64,000 bases of DNA, taken from positions 921,285 through 985,284 of the forward strand of contig OZ007034.1 in assembly GCA_963931635.1 (NCBI GenBank), given 5' to 3'. Below, piece after piece: positions 21,244 to 32,612 of the stretch. A program made the position numbers and the translations under genes. The DNA is from an uncultured Bacteroides sp. (lineage in GTDB: Bacteria; Bacteroidota; Bacteroidia; Bacteroidales; UBA11471). Position 1 is the stretch's first letter. Every line of letters begins with the position of its first letter. The notes under the pieces are model-generated. The model saw nothing but the letters and a program-made list of their open reading frames with translations. It had not been told where the DNA came from and did no database searches.

Positions 21244-24015
21244 ATGGAATATAATTTCAGAGAAATCGAGCAGAAATGGCAGCAGTACTGGAAAGATAAC
21301 CACACCTACCGCGTAACCGAGAACCGTCAGAAACCCAAATACTACGTTTTGGACATGTTTCCCTATCCGTCGGGAGCCGGTCTGCATGTGGGACACCCGC
21401 TGGGCTACATCGCCTCAGACATCTACGCCCGCTTCAAGCGGCTCAAAGGGTTCAACGTGCTGCACCCCATGGGATACGACGCCTACGGTCTGCCCGCCGA
21501 ACAATATGCCATACAGACGGGTCAACACCCGGCCATCACCACCGAAAAAAACATCAACCGCTACCGTGAGCAGCTCGACAAGATAGGATTCTGCTTCGAC
21601 TGGGACCGCGAGATACGCACTTGCGACCCCGAATATTACAAGTGGACGCAGTGGGCCTTCATACAGATGTTCAACAGCTATTATGACTACAACGAGCAGA
21701 AGGCTCTCCCCATCAACACCCTCATCGAAGCCTTCGAGACCAACGGCACCGAAGGGCTGAACGTAGCCTGCACCGAAACACTCTCCTTCACGGCCGACGA
21801 GTGGTGCGCCATGAGCGAGGAGGAGCAGCAGAAAACCCTGCTCAACTACCGCATTGCCTACCTGGGCGATACGATGGTGAACTGGTGTCCCAAGTTGGGT
21901 ACCGTGCTGGCCAACGACGAAGTGAGCGAAGGCCTCTCGGTGCGCGGCGGATACCCCGTAGAGCAAAAGGTGATGCGCCAGTGGTGCCTCCGCGTCTCGG
22001 CTTATGCCCAACGCCTGCTCGACGGCCTCGACACCATCGACTGGACCGACTCGCTCAAAGAGACCCAGCGCAACTGGATAGGCCGCTCCGAAGGTGCCGA
22101 GATGGAGTTTAAGGTCGTAAACAGCGACGTAACCTTCACCATCTTCACCACCCGGGCTGACACCATCTTCGGCGTTACCTTCATGGTACTCGCCCCCGAG
22201 AGCGAATATGTGGCACAAGTAACCACCCCCGCACAGAAAGCCGCCGTCGATGCCTACCTCGACCAAATCAAACACCGCACCGAACGCGAACGCATGATGG
22301 ACCGCAGCGTGAGCGGCGTCTTCTCGGGCGCATACGCCATCAACCCCCTCAACGGAAAAGAGATACCCATCTGGATAAGCGACTACGTACTGGCCGGCTA
22401 CGGTACCGGCGCCATCATGGCCGTACCGGCCCACGACAGCCGCGACTACGCCTTTGCCAAGCACTTCGACCTGCCCATCATACCCCTCATCGAGGGCTGC
22501 GACGTGTCGCAGGAGAGTTTCGACGCCAAAGAGGGCATCATGATAAACTCCTGCGGCAACGGACTCGACCTCAACGGGCTCACCGTGAAAGAGGCCATCG
22601 CCAAGACCAAAGCCTTCATCAAGGAAAAAGGCATCGGCCGCGTCAAGGTAAACTACCGCCTGCGCGACGCCATATTCAGCCGCCAGCGCTACTGGGGCGA
22701 GCCGTTCCCGGTCTACTATAAGAACGGACTTCCCTACATGCTCGACGAGAGCCGTCTGCCGCTGCTGCTGCCGGGCATCGACAAGTTCCTCCCCACCGAA
22801 CAGGGCGAGCCGCCTCTGGGACGTGCCAAAAACTGGGAAACCGAAGATCACTACCCGCTCGAACTCTGCACCATGCCTGGATTTGCCGGCTCGTCGGCCT
22901 ACTACCTGCGCTACATGGACCCGCACAACGACGCCGCTCTCGTATCGGAAGAGGCCGATACCTACTGGCGCAACGTCGACCTCTATGTGGGAGGCACCGA
23001 GCACGCCACGGGACACCTCATTTACAGCCGCTTCTGGAACAAGTTCCTCTATGACCTGGGAATTGTGTGCGAAGACGAACCCTTCAAGAAGCTCGTCAAC
23101 CAGGGCATGATACAGGGACGTTCCAACTTCGTGTACCGCATCAAGGACACCAACACGTTTGTCTCCTACAACCTCAAAGACCAGTACGAGACTACCCCCA
23201 TACACGTCGATGTCAACATCGTAAGCAACGACGTGCTCGACATCGAGGCCTTCCGCAACTGGCGGCCCGACTTCAAAGATGCCGAGTTCATACTCGAAAA
23301 CGGCCGTTACATCTGCGGCTGGGCAATAGAGAAGATGTCGAAGTCGATGTTCAACGTCGTCAACCCCGACGACATCGTCGAACGCTACGGCGCCGACACG
23401 CTGCGTCTCTACGAGATGTTCCTCGGCCCCATCGAGCAGAGCAAACCGTGGGACACCAACGGTATCGACGGCGTGCACCGCTTCCTCAAAAAATTCTGGA
23501 ACCTCTTCTTCGACGGCGACACCCTCGCCCTCACCGACGGCAAACCCTCGAAAGAGGAGCTCAAAAGCCTGCACAAGCTCATCAAGAAGGTGAGCGGCGA
23601 CATCGAGACCTTCTCCTACAACACCTCGGTAAGCGCCTTCATGATATGCGTCAACGAGCTCACCGCCCTGAAATGCCGCAACCGCCACATACTCGAACCC
23701 ATCGTCGTGCTGCTCGCACCCTTCACCCCGCACCTGAGCGAGGAGCTGTGGCACGCCCTCGGACACAACACCACGGTGTGCGATGCCCAGTGGCCGGACT
23801 ATAACGAAGAGTACCTCAAAGAAGACTCGGTCAACTACGCCGTCTCGTTCAACGGTAAAGTGCGCTTCAACCTCGAATTCCCCATCGACACCCCCAAAGA
23901 GGAGATAGAGAAACAGGTCATTGCCCACGAAAACTCGGCCAAATGGCTCGACGGCAAAAACATCAAGAAGGTCATTGTCGTACCAGGCAAGCTCATCAAC
24001 ATTGTCGTAGGATAA
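21244..24015 (+). CDS. leuS: leucine--tRNA ligase
   Basis: [17 protein letters not shown] (HIGH region), KMSKS present ([10 protein letters not shown]), CP1 editing-domain length; 923 aa. Confidence 0.96.
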   Translation: MEYNFREIEQKWQQYWKDNHTYRVTENRQKPKYYVLDMFPYPSGAGLHVGHPLGYIASDIYARFKRLKGFNVLHPMGYDAYGLPAEQYAIQTGQHPAITTEKNINRYREQLDKIGFCFDWDREIRTCDPEYYKWTQWAFIQMFNSYYDYNEQKALPINTLIEAFETNGTEGLNVACTETLSFTADEWCAMSEEEQQKTLLNYRIAYLGDTMVNWCPKLGTVLANDEVSEGLSVRGGYPVEQKVMRQWCLRVSAYAQRLLDGLDTIDWTDSLKETQRNWIGRSEGAEMEFKVVNSDVTFTIFTTRADTIFGVTFMVLAPESEYVAQVTTPAQKAAVDAYLDQIKHRTERERMMDRSVSGVFSGAYAINPLNGKEIPIWISDYVLAGYGTGAIMAVPAHDSRDYAFAKHFDLPIIPLIEGCDVSQESFDAKEGIMINSCGNGLDLNGLTVKEAIAKTKAFIKEKGIGRVKVNYRLRDAIFSRQRYWGEPFPVYYKNGLPYMLDESRLPLLLPGIDKFLPTEQGEPPLGRAKNWETEDHYPLELCTMPGFAGSSAYYLRYMDPHNDAALVSEEADTYWRNVDLYVGGTEHATGHLIYSRFWNKFLYDLGIVCEDEPFKKLVNQGMIQGRSNFVYRIKDTNTFVSYNLKDQYETTPIHVDVNIVSNDVLDIEAFRNWRPDFKDAEFILENGRYICGWAIEKMSKSMFNVVNPDDIVERYGADTLRLYEMFLGPIEQSKPWDTNGIDGVHRFLKKFWNLFFDGDTLALTDGKPSKEELKSLHKLIKKVSGDIETFSYNTSVSAFMICVNELTALKCRNRHILEPIVVLLAPFTPHLSEELWHALGHNTTVCDAQWPDYNEEYLKEDSVNYAVSFNGKVRFNLEFPIDTPKEEIEKQVIAHENSAKWLDGKNIKKVIVVPGKLINIVVG

Positions 24016-24044
24016 TTCCCCCCTTTCATACCATATTATAGAGC

Positions 24045-24084
24045 GAAACGGCTGCACCCGAGAGGTGCAGCCGTTTCTGTTTCT
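24045..24084 (+). terminator. rho-independent terminator after leuS
   Basis: gaaacggctgcacc (24045-58) pairs with ggtgcagccgtttc (24064-77), followed by a T-rich tail. Confidence 0.75.
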
Positions 24085-24204
24085 CAGGCCGGGAGCATTT
24101 GAAACCGAATTGTCACACGAGTGTCACAGAAACGTCAAGACTTTGCATCTCTCCTGTAATAAGAATCCCCGACTTTTGCTGTCGAAAAAAATTAGGGGAA
24201 TCAA

Positions 24205-27009
24205 ATGAAACGCTTGACAAGAATCATCATCGCAGCCACTCTTCTCACCCTCCTGCCGGCCACAGCCTGGTGCGCCGTCATAAAGGGTACCGTCAGAGAC
24301 CTCGCCACCGGTGAACCCCTCGCCGGTGCCACCATATCGGTGAGCGGTACCAACCTGGCTGCCTTTACCGACGAAAACGGACTCTTTCAAATCGACAACC
24401 TCAAAGCCGGAGCCTACACCCTCATCGTCAACTACATCTCCTACCAGACCCTCACCCTCGCCGACCAGCGGGTACTCGAAAGCGCCCCGCTCACCCTCGA
24501 CATACGGCTCAAAGCCGACGACCAGAACCTCGACGAGGTGGTCGTCGTGGGGCAGATGCGCCGCAACACCGAACTGGGCATGATTGCCGCCACCAAGACC
24601 AGCCTCGTGATACAGAGCGGCGTGTCGTCGCAACAGATAAAGATAGCCCAGGACAAGGACGCCTCCGAAGCCATACGCCGGGTGTCGGGCATCAGCCTCA
24701 TCAACGACAAGTTTGTAATGGTGCGCGGCCTCTCCGAACGCTACAACAACGTGTGGATAAACGGTAGCGCCGTGCCCAGCACCGAAGCCGATTCGCGCGC
24801 CTTCTCGTTCGACATCATACCCAGCTCGCAGCTCGAAAACATCGCCATCGTCAAATCGCCCGCTCCCGAATATCCGGCCGATTTCAGTGGTGGATTTATC
24901 CTGCTCACCACCAAAGACCTCCCCGCCGAGAACAACTTCACCCTCTCGGTAGGCGGCAACATCAACGACGCCACCCACTTCCGCAACTTCAAGTACAGCC
25001 GAGGCAGCCGCACCGACTTCCTCGGATTTGACAACGGCCTGCGCGCCCTGCCCGGCGGCATCGACGCCACCCTCAACCCCATTGCCGGCAACGGTGTCGA
25101 CCTGCAAGGCAACGGCTTCAACAACGACTGGCGGGTGCGCACGATGAATCCCGTGGGCGACCTCAGCCTCAGCGCCGACGTGAGCCGCATACGCCGCCTT
25201 GCCGACGGCGGCAAGCTGGGACTCATCGGTGCCCTCAATTACAGCAACAGCTACAAGACATTCCTCGACATGGAAAATTCGCTCTTCGGCGCCTACGACA
25301 CCGAGAACGACCGCAGCAACTACCTGCGCCACAGTCAGGACGACCAGTTCAACCACACCGCCCGCATCGGTGCCATGCTCAACCTCACGTTTGTCCCCGC
25401 CAAAGACAACAACCGCTTTGAATTCAAAAACATCTTCAACCAGATAGGCACCGACCGCTATACCTACCGCACCGGCATCAGTGCCCAGAACAACCACGAA
25501 GAGAACGCCGAATACTATTACAGCAGCCGCACCACCTACAACGGCCAGTTCACCGGCAAACACACCTTCGAGAGCGACTACTTCGATTGGAGCGCCGGCT
25601 ATGCCTACGCCAACCGCCTGCTGCCCGACCGCCGCAAATACCTCATCGACGATGCCCTCGAAACCGGCGTGCTCGCCCTCTCGACCGGTAACGACATCAC
25701 CCGCGAATTTACCCGCCTCGACGAACACATCGTCTCGGCCAACGCCAACTACCGCCACGACTTCGAGTGGGGCAGCTTTACCCCCACACTCAAAGCCGGA
25801 GCCTACGGCGAATACCGCACCCGCAGCTACCGCACCCGCAGCTTCATCTACAACTGGAATTACAGCCAGAACACCCTGCCCGACGGATTCCGCCACATGG
25901 ACCTTCCCACCGAACTCCTCACCGACGGAAACTACGGTGCCGACAAGCTCTACCTGCTCGAAGAACTCAAAATGCGCAACAACTACGACGGCAACAACCT
26001 GCTGGGAGCCGGATACGTGGGTGTGAACCTGCCGTGGAGAGGATTCAACCTCTACGCCGGTGTGCGTTTCGAACACAGCGACATGGAGCTCATACGCAAC
26101 ACCCGCGACTACGAAGAGAGCCCGCAAAGCACCCACTACATCTACGACGACCTCTTCCCCTCGGTCAACGCCACCTACAAGTTCAACGACGAGCACCAGT
26201 TGCGCGCCTCCTACGGCAAGTCAATCAACCGTCCCGAGTTCCGCGAGGTATCCCCCTCGGTCTTCTACGACTTCGACCTGGCCTCGAACGTACAAGGTAA
26301 CACCGAGCTGCGTCCCTGTTATGTACAGAACTTCGACCTGCGGTACGAATGGTATCCCTCCAAAGGCGAACAGATATCGGTAGCCCTCTTCTACAAACAC
26401 TTCGACGACCCCATCGAGTGGACCTACACCGTGGCCGGAGGTACCGACCTCGTCTACTCCTACCGCAATGCCGACGGCGCATATAGCTACGGACTCGAAG
26501 TAGACCTGCGCAAGAACCTCGCCTTCATGGGAATGCCCTCGTTCGACTTCGTCTTCAACGGCGCCCTCATCAAGAGCCTTGTAGAGTTTCCCGAGGGCGA
26601 CCGCGAAAAAGACCGCCCCATGCAGGGCCAGTCGCCCTACCTCATCAACACCGGTCTCTCTTACCGCCACGAAAAGAGCGGTATCACCGCCGCCCTCTTC
26701 TACAACCGCATAGGCAAACGCATCACCGGTGTGGGCCGCTACCTCGGCAGCTCGGGCAACGAAGAGACCGTGCGCATACCCGACTCCTACGAGATGCCGC
26801 GTGATGTCATCGACCTGAGTCTCTCCTGGAAAGCCAAGAAACACTGGGAGGTAAAACTGGGTATCCGCGACCTGCTGGCCGACAAGGTAACCTTCATGCA
26901 ACTCGACGATGTAACCACCAAGGCCGGAGAGAGCAAGGTCGTCGAAGAGATTACCCGCCAATACCGTCCGGGACGCAACTTCAACCTCTCGGTAAGCTAC
27001 ACCTTCTGA
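24205..27009 (+). CDS. TonB-dependent receptor with N-terminal carboxypeptidase-regulatory-like domain
   Basis: Signal peptide. IKGTVRDLATGEPLAGATISV...GLFQIDNL (CarbopepD_reg-like). Plug region (...VMVRGLSERYNNVWINGS...). The long beta-barrel ends ...NFNLSVSYTF. Confidence 0.88.
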   Translation: MKRLTRIIIAATLLTLLPATAWCAVIKGTVRDLATGEPLAGATISVSGTNLAAFTDENGLFQIDNLKAGAYTLIVNYISYQTLTLADQRVLESAPLTLDIRLKADDQNLDEVVVVGQMRRNTELGMIAATKTSLVIQSGVSSQQIKIAQDKDASEAIRRVSGISLINDKFVMVRGLSERYNNVWINGSAVPSTEADSRAFSFDIIPSSQLENIAIVKSPAPEYPADFSGGFILLTTKDLPAENNFTLSVGGNINDATHFRNFKYSRGSRTDFLGFDNGLRALPGGIDATLNPIAGNGVDLQGNGFNNDWRVRTMNPVGDLSLSADVSRIRRLADGGKLGLIGALNYSNSYKTFLDMENSLFGAYDTENDRSNYLRHSQDDQFNHTARIGAMLNLTFVPAKDNNRFEFKNIFNQIGTDRYTYRTGISAQNNHEENAEYYYSSRTTYNGQFTGKHTFESDYFDWSAGYAYANRLLPDRRKYLIDDALETGVLALSTGNDITREFTRLDEHIVSANANYRHDFEWGSFTPTLKAGAYGEYRTRSYRTRSFIYNWNYSQNTLPDGFRHMDLPTELLTDGNYGADKLYLLEELKMRNNYDGNNLLGAGYVGVNLPWRGFNLYAGVRFEHSDMELIRNTRDYEESPQSTHYIYDDLFPSVNATYKFNDEHQLRASYGKSINRPEFREVSPSVFYDFDLASNVQGNTELRPCYVQNFDLRYEWYPSKGEQISVALFYKHFDDPIEWTYTVAGGTDLVYSYRNADGAYSYGLEVDLRKNLAFMGMPSFDFVFNGALIKSLVEFPEGDREKDRPMQGQSPYLINTGLSYRHEKSGITAALFYNRIGKRITGVGRYLGSSGNEETVRIPDSYEMPRDVIDLSLSWKAKKHWEVKLGIRDLLADKVTFMQLDDVTTKAGESKVVEEITRQYRPGRNFNLSVSYTF

Positions 27010-27076
27010 AACATTCATAAACAATCATAAACAGGGTTTCTATACCAAGAGACCCACAAACCAAAAAAGAAAAAAC

Positions 27077-28573
27077 ATGAAATCGAAAAAATTTCTCAAC
27101 TGGGCTTTCATCGCCCTTATGTGTGGAGCTGTAACCGCTTGCAGCGACGACGATGACAACAAGGGTGTCGACAATCAAGGACAAGGCGGCAGCAGCAGCC
27201 TCGTATTCGACGGCAACGTCATCGGTAACGGCGACCAGGAATTTGTCTTCTCGGGCAAAGAGACCCTCGCCCAAGGCACCTACCTGCTCAAAGGCTGGGT
27301 ATACATTGCCGACGGTGCCGAACTCACCATCGAGCCGGGTACCATCATCAAAGGCGACAAGCAGACCAAAGCTGCCCTCATCGTAGAGCCCGGCGGAAAA
27401 CTTTATGCACAGGGTACTGCCGACAAACCCATCGTATTCACTTCGGAAGAGGCCAAGGGCAACCGTCGTCCCGGCGACTGGGGCGGACTCATCATCTGCG
27501 GTAACGCCCGCAACAACCAGGGCCAGATGCAAATCGAAGGCGGCCCCCGCACCAAACACGGCGGCAGCAACGATGCCGACAACTCGGGTATCATCAGCTA
27601 TGTGCGCGTAGAATTTGCCGGCTATCCCTTCGAGCGCGACAAGGAAATCAACGGTGTAACCTTCGGCTCGGTAGGTAACGGCACACAGATCGACCACGTA
27701 CAGGTATCGTACTGCAACGACGACTCCTACGAGTGGTTCGGCGGTACGGTCAATGCCAAATACCTCGTGGCCTACAAAGGCTGGGACGACGAGTTCGATA
27801 CCGACAACGGTTTCTCGGGCAAAGTACAGTTCTGCCTCAGCGTGCGTGACTCCCGCATTGCCGATACCTCCCAATCGAACGGCTTTGAATCGGACAACTG
27901 CGCCGACGGTGCCGCCATCGACCCCTACACCACCGCTACGTTCAGCAACATCACCTTCGTAGGTCCCAAAGCCGTCGATGCCAACTTTGAAAACTCTACC
28001 GACTACATCAACGGTAGTGACGTATATCCCAACAACGGTTCGGCACTGGGCCGCTTCCAGGCTGCCATGCAGATACGCCGCAACAGCCGTCTCAACTGCT
28101 TCAACTCCATCGCCATCGGCTACCCCATCGGTCTCATTCTCGACAACCAGAAGGGCGATACCCAAAGTGCTGCCACCAACAGCCTGCTGAAACTTCAAAA
28201 CATCTGGTTTGCCGACATGGACGTTACCGGTAGCGATGCCAACAAATCTTACGACGACGTGCTGGTAAGCGGTTACGACGCCGACGGAAATCCCATCTAC
28301 GACAACACCCAGACCTCGTTCTCGAGCCGCTTCTTCCTCGCCCAGTCTGGCAATAAGGTGAGCACCCTCGACGAGATGAACCTCACCGGTGCCGAAACCG
28401 CCGTAGGTACCAACTTCCGCCCCGCAGCCGGCAGCCCGCTGCTCTCGGCTGCTTCGTTCACCGACAGCAAACTCGCCTCAATGCAACAAGTAAGCTACAT
28501 CGGAGCTTTCGACGCCAACGATAACTGGCTTGACGGGTGGACCGAATTTGATCCCCAAAATGCCGACTATTAA
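27077..28573 (+). CDS. surface lipoprotein partner of the TonB-dependent receptor (not SusD-like; beta-helix-like repeats)
   Basis: Lipobox ...MCGAVTAC|SDDDDN. Repetitive G/N/D-rich beta segments (GTYLLKGWVYIADGAELTIEPGTIIKG...). Lies 67 nt downstream of the receptor gene. Confidence 0.6.
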   Translation: MKSKKFLNWAFIALMCGAVTACSDDDDNKGVDNQGQGGSSSLVFDGNVIGNGDQEFVFSGKETLAQGTYLLKGWVYIADGAELTIEPGTIIKGDKQTKAALIVEPGGKLYAQGTADKPIVFTSEEAKGNRRPGDWGGLIICGNARNNQGQMQIEGGPRTKHGGSNDADNSGIISYVRVEFAGYPFERDKEINGVTFGSVGNGTQIDHVQVSYCNDDSYEWFGGTVNAKYLVAYKGWDDEFDTDNGFSGKVQFCLSVRDSRIADTSQSNGFESDNCADGAAIDPYTTATFSNITFVGPKAVDANFENSTDYINGSDVYPNNGSALGRFQAAMQIRRNSRLNCFNSIAIGYPIGLILDNQKGDTQSAATNSLLKLQNIWFADMDVTGSDANKSYDDVLVSGYDADGNPIYDNTQTSFSSRFFLAQSGNKVSTLDEMNLTGAETAVGTNFRPAAGSPLLSAASFTDSKLASMQQVSYIGAFDANDNWLDGWTEFDPQNADY

Positions 28574-28600
28574 TCAATAAACAAGCACATCTGTCCACCT

Positions 28601-28632
28601 AAGGCTCCCGCACATGCGGGGGCCTTTTCTAT
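28601..28632 (+). terminator. rho-independent terminator after the lipoprotein gene
   Basis: aaggctcccgc (28601-11) pairs with gcgggggcctt (28616-26) with one G-U pair, followed by ttct. Confidence 0.6.
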
Positions 28633-28689
28633 TATTGGTCACAATCGTTCAAAAATAGGTTTTCAAACAAAACCGATTATAAAAATTAT

Positions 28690-28697
28690 TATCTTTG
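28690..28697 (+). promoter_or_regulatory. -7 box TATCTTTG upstream of the YitT-family gene
   Basis: TAnnTTTG match about 43 nt before ATG 28740. Confidence 0.5.
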
Positions 28698-28739
28698 TGT
28701 CGGATTTATATCGGTATAAGTCGCTAAACCTTATTGAGT

Positions 28740-29615
28740 ATGACTATGAAATTAACTGCTCGCGACATCTGGAACGAGGTAAAAGACTACACCATCATTA
28801 CCTTGGGATTAATGTGTTATACCTTCGGGTGGACCGCCTTTCTCGTCTCCAATGAAATCATTACCGGAGGAGTTACAGGTCTTTCGGCACTTATCTTTTT
28901 CGGGACCAAAATACCTATTCCTGTATCATACTTTGCCATCAACGGCATTCTGCTCATCGCCGCCATTCGGGTTATCGGATGGCAATATTGCATACGTTCC
29001 ATATTCGGAGTGATTATGACCACCATTCAACTGTCGATATGGAGCTACTACATCAAAGAACCTCTTGTCAAGGACGAGCCTTTCATGTCGTGCATCATCG
29101 GTGGCATCATGCTCGGCGTAGGCATAGGATTGGCCTTCACCCGCAACGGCAGCACGGGAGGTACCGATATCATCGCCGCCATCATCAACAAATACAAGCC
29201 CATCACACTGGGCCGCAGCATTCTCTACTGCGACTTGCTCATCATCTCTTCGTCCTACATTCTCTTCCACGACCTGGAAAAGATACTCTTCGGTTTCGTT
29301 GTACTGGCCGTTTCGACCTATACCTGCGACCTGCTCATCAACGGTATCAGACAGTCGATACAGTTGCTTATCTTTTCGGAGAAATACGAAGAGATTGCCG
29401 ACCACATCAATCGCGACATCAAGCGTGGAGTAACCATTCTCGACGGCATGGGCTGGTATTCGAAACAACCCAAGAAGGTCATCGTCGTGCTGGCCAAACG
29501 CACCGAGTCGACCAGCATCTTCCGCCTTGTAAAGCAGATAGACAGCCACGCCTTCATCTCGCAATCTAACGTCATCGGCGTCTACGGTGAAGGGTTCGAC
29601 AAGATAAAAACATAA
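28740..29615 (+). CDS. YitT family membrane protein (DUF2179 C-terminal domain)
   Basis: ITGGVTGLSALIFF and GSTGGTDIIA membrane motifs. C-terminal GVTILDGMGWYS...VIGVYGEGF. The start is ambiguous (TTG 28734, ATG 28740 or ATG 28746). Confidence 0.8.
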   Translation: MTMKLTARDIWNEVKDYTIITLGLMCYTFGWTAFLVSNEIITGGVTGLSALIFFGTKIPIPVSYFAINGILLIAAIRVIGWQYCIRSIFGVIMTTIQLSIWSYYIKEPLVKDEPFMSCIIGGIMLGVGIGLAFTRNGSTGGTDIIAAIINKYKPITLGRSILYCDLLIISSSYILFHDLEKILFGFVVLAVSTYTCDLLINGIRQSIQLLIFSEKYEEIADHINRDIKRGVTILDGMGWYSKQPKKVIVVLAKRTESTSIFRLVKQIDSHAFISQSNVIGVYGEGFDKIKT

Positions 29616-29668
29616 TCCGCAGAGACCCGCCCGGACAATAATCTGCGGTGCTTCACCGTTATAACGGT

Positions 29669-30250
29669 ATGAAACAACTTGTATTTGCCACCAACAACGC
29701 CCACAAGCTCGACGAAGTGCGAAACATTCTGGGCGACACGTTTGAAATACTCGGCATGGCGCAAATCGGCTGCCACGACGATATCGAAGAGACGGCCGAC
29801 ACCTTTGCCGGCAATGCCCTCATCAAGGCCCGTTACATCAAGGGAAAATACGGATACGACTGTTTTGCCGACGACTCCGGCCTCGAAATCGAGGCACTCG
29901 GAGGCGCTCCCGGCGTCTATTCGGCCCGCTTTGCGGGAGAGGGGCACAACTCCGAAAAAAACATGGACAAGGTACTCTCGCTCATGCAGGGCAAGAGCAA
30001 CCGCAACGCTCGCTTCTGCACCGTCGTGGCCCTTGTCACGGGCGAGGGCGAATACACGTTCGAGGGCGAAATCAAAGGCGAAATTCTCGATGAACGCCGC
30101 GGAAAAGGAGGATTCGGCTACGACCCCATCTTCCGCCCCGAAAACGAAACCCTCACCTTTGCCGAGATGGGCGACGACCGCAAAAACGCCATCAGCCACC
30201 GGGCGCGTGCCGTGAAGAAACTGGCCGAATTTTTACTGAAAAACGCATGA
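29669..30250 (+). CDS. rdgB: non-canonical purine NTP pyrophosphatase (dITP/XTP, RdgB/HAM1 family)
   Basis: [17 protein letters not shown]...[14 protein letters not shown]...[21 protein letters not shown]...FGYDPIF...ISHRARA. Confidence 0.9.
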   Translation: MKQLVFATNNAHKLDEVRNILGDTFEILGMAQIGCHDDIEETADTFAGNALIKARYIKGKYGYDCFADDSGLEIEALGGAPGVYSARFAGEGHNSEKNMDKVLSLMQGKSNRNARFCTVVALVTGEGEYTFEGEIKGEILDERRGKGGFGYDPIFRPENETLTFAEMGDDRKNAISHRARAVKKLAEFLLKNA

Positions 30251-32562
30251 AAAGATTTTTCGTTCTCCTCCTGCTGTCGTGGTACATAGGTACACTCACT
30301 ACGCAGGCCTTACAGCCGGTGGGAGAGTGGGAGATATATGCCTCTTTCCGTGTACCCAAACAGATATGCGAAGGGTCTGAAAAAATATTTTTCCTTGCCG
30401 ACAACTCCCTCTTCTCCTACGGGAAAACCGACCGGGAGGTGAGAGAGCTTTCGCGGCTGAACATCTTGTCGGACAACCGCATCGCCCGCATCGCCTCACA
30501 AGACGAGAACGACCTGCTGGTCGTCGTCTACGACAACAGCAACATCGACCTCGTCGACATGAGCAGCGAGAGATGCTACAACCTGCCCTACATCAAGAAC
30601 GCCTCTCTCACGGCCAAGGGCATCAACGACATATCGTTTGCGGGCGACGAGACCTACCTGGCCACCGACTTCGGTATCGTGGTGCTCAACAACAGCAAGA
30701 AAGAGGTAAAGACCACCTACACTTTCAACGAGAAAATCACCTCGGCGGCCCGCCAGGGCGACTACCTCTACTGCATGCGTGCCGACTACTCTCTGTACCG
30801 CTGCCCGGCCGACGGCATACCCTACGACATCAACAGCTGGGAAAAACTCAACAACTCCTACATCACGCAGTTGCGCCCCTTCGCCGACGGCCTGCTCATG
30901 CTGCACCAGAACAACAATCTCTACTACCGCGACAACGAAGGAAATACCTCGTTGCTGCTTGCCGACAACCTTACGAAGAAAATAGAGACCCACGACAGCC
31001 GGCTGCTCATATACACCGTCGACAACGAAGTGCTTCTCTACGACGAAAACCGGCAACTTACCGGCCGGCTCCGGCTCGAAGAGGCCGGCTATACTCCCGC
31101 CGACGTTGCCGCCTCAAACAACCAGAACCGCCTGTGGATAATCGGCACCGAATCGGTAACCGCCCTTTCATACGACGGCGCATCATCTACCCTCACACAG
31201 GAAGTAGACATACCTTGCGACGCTTACCAGAAAATCTACAACCCCTTCTCCCTCACCATCGACAACGGTCGTCTCTATGTAGCCACGGCCGGTGTAGGCT
31301 ACCTCAACGACGAACAGGATATCGACGGGTACATCTCCATACTTGAAAACGGAAAATGGACCAACATTCTCCCCGACGGCATACCCACCACGAAACACCC
31401 CGACTATACCTGGGGCAACCTCTACAACATCACCGTCGATCCCGACGACAAGAACACCTTCTATGTAGGTACATGGTTTGAAGGGCTCTACCGTTTCAAA
31501 AACAACCGTTACGACACCCATTGGAACGACGAGAACAGCACCATAGGCAACGCCTCGGACTGGGCCTGGAAGGCCGGATACACGGCCTTCGACAAGGAGA
31601 AGAAACTCTACGTCCTTACCTTCAACACCGAGAGCGGACTTTCGGTCATGCGCCGCAACGAGACCTGGTATCGGCTCAACTACGACGAACTGAAAAACCA
31701 GCGCAACCTGAGCCAGATACTCATACCCCAAAAATCGTCGGCCAAATGGGTGGTGTGCCCCGCCTACAACTCATTTGTCTTTGCCTTCAACGAAAACGGA
31801 ACCGAAGATATCGCCGACGACCAGACCCGCAAATTCACCACTTTTACCGACCAGAACGGCGAGAGCATCGACGGAAACATCTTCTACGACATGGCCGAAG
31901 ACCGCCAAGGACAACTGTGGATAGCCACCAACCGCGGCCCCATCGTCATTACGCGACCCGACAATTTCGCCAGCAGCAGCTTCACCTGCAACCGCATAAA
32001 GATAGCCCGTAACGATGGTACCAATCTGGCCGACTATCTGCTCAACGACGAAACCATACAAACCATCGCCATCGACGGCGCCGACCGCAAATGGTTCGGC
32101 ACCCGCAACTCGGGAGCCTACCTCATATCGAAAGACGGACAGGAAACCATCTATCACTTCACGGCCGACAATTCGCCCCTTCCCTCGGACAACATCTACG
32201 ACATTGCCGTACACCCCGAGACCGGCGAAGTATTCTTTGCCACCGAAGGGGGTCTCGTCTCTTTCCGTGCCGAAGCCACCGAACCGAAAGAGAACTACTC
32301 CGACGTCTACGTTTTCCCCAACCCCGTGCGGCCCAACTACGACGGCAACATCACCATTACCGGCTTGCAGGAAAACTCACTGGTGAAGATTACCGACACG
32401 GCAGGCAACCTCATCTACCAGAACTTCTCGACCGGCGGCCAACTGGTATGGAATGGCCTCACCCGCAGCGGCGACCGTCTGCGCAGCGGCATCTACCTAG
32501 TCTTTGCCTCAGTCGATAATGGAGGAGAGGGGGTAGTGGCCAAATTTGCCGTCGTGCGATGA
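30247..32562 (+). CDS. porZ: T9SS component PorZ-like protein (double beta-propeller plus C-terminal sorting domain)
   Basis: Signal peptide. About 690 aa of propeller-like repeats (two-component-regulator-propeller style ...[19 protein letters not shown]...). C-terminal [21 protein letters not shown]...[12 protein letters not shown]...[11 protein letters not shown]. The size (771 aa) matches PorZ. Assignment is by architecture only. Confidence 0.5.
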   Translation: MKRFFVLLLLSWYIGTLTTQALQPVGEWEIYASFRVPKQICEGSEKIFFLADNSLFSYGKTDREVRELSRLNILSDNRIARIASQDENDLLVVVYDNSNIDLVDMSSERCYNLPYIKNASLTAKGINDISFAGDETYLATDFGIVVLNNSKKEVKTTYTFNEKITSAARQGDYLYCMRADYSLYRCPADGIPYDINSWEKLNNSYITQLRPFADGLLMLHQNNNLYYRDNEGNTSLLLADNLTKKIETHDSRLLIYTVDNEVLLYDENRQLTGRLRLEEAGYTPADVAASNNQNRLWIIGTESVTALSYDGASSTLTQEVDIPCDAYQKIYNPFSLTIDNGRLYVATAGVGYLNDEQDIDGYISILENGKWTNILPDGIPTTKHPDYTWGNLYNITVDPDDKNTFYVGTWFEGLYRFKNNRYDTHWNDENSTIGNASDWAWKAGYTAFDKEKKLYVLTFNTESGLSVMRRNETWYRLNYDELKNQRNLSQILIPQKSSAKWVVCPAYNSFVFAFNENGTEDIADDQTRKFTTFTDQNGESIDGNIFYDMAEDRQGQLWIATNRGPIVITRPDNFASSSFTCNRIKIARNDGTNLADYLLNDETIQTIAIDGADRKWFGTRNSGAYLISKDGQETIYHFTADNSPLPSDNIYDIAVHPETGEVFFATEGGLVSFRAEATEPKENYSDVYVFPNPVRPNYDGNITITGLQENSLVKITDTAGNLIYQNFSTGGQLVWNGLTRSGDRLRSGIYLVFASVDNGGEGVVAKFAVVR

Positions 32563-32612
32563 AACATCGCTCGGGCACAAACTCCCTGTAAAAAATTTTT
32601 CCGGAAAAAAAG

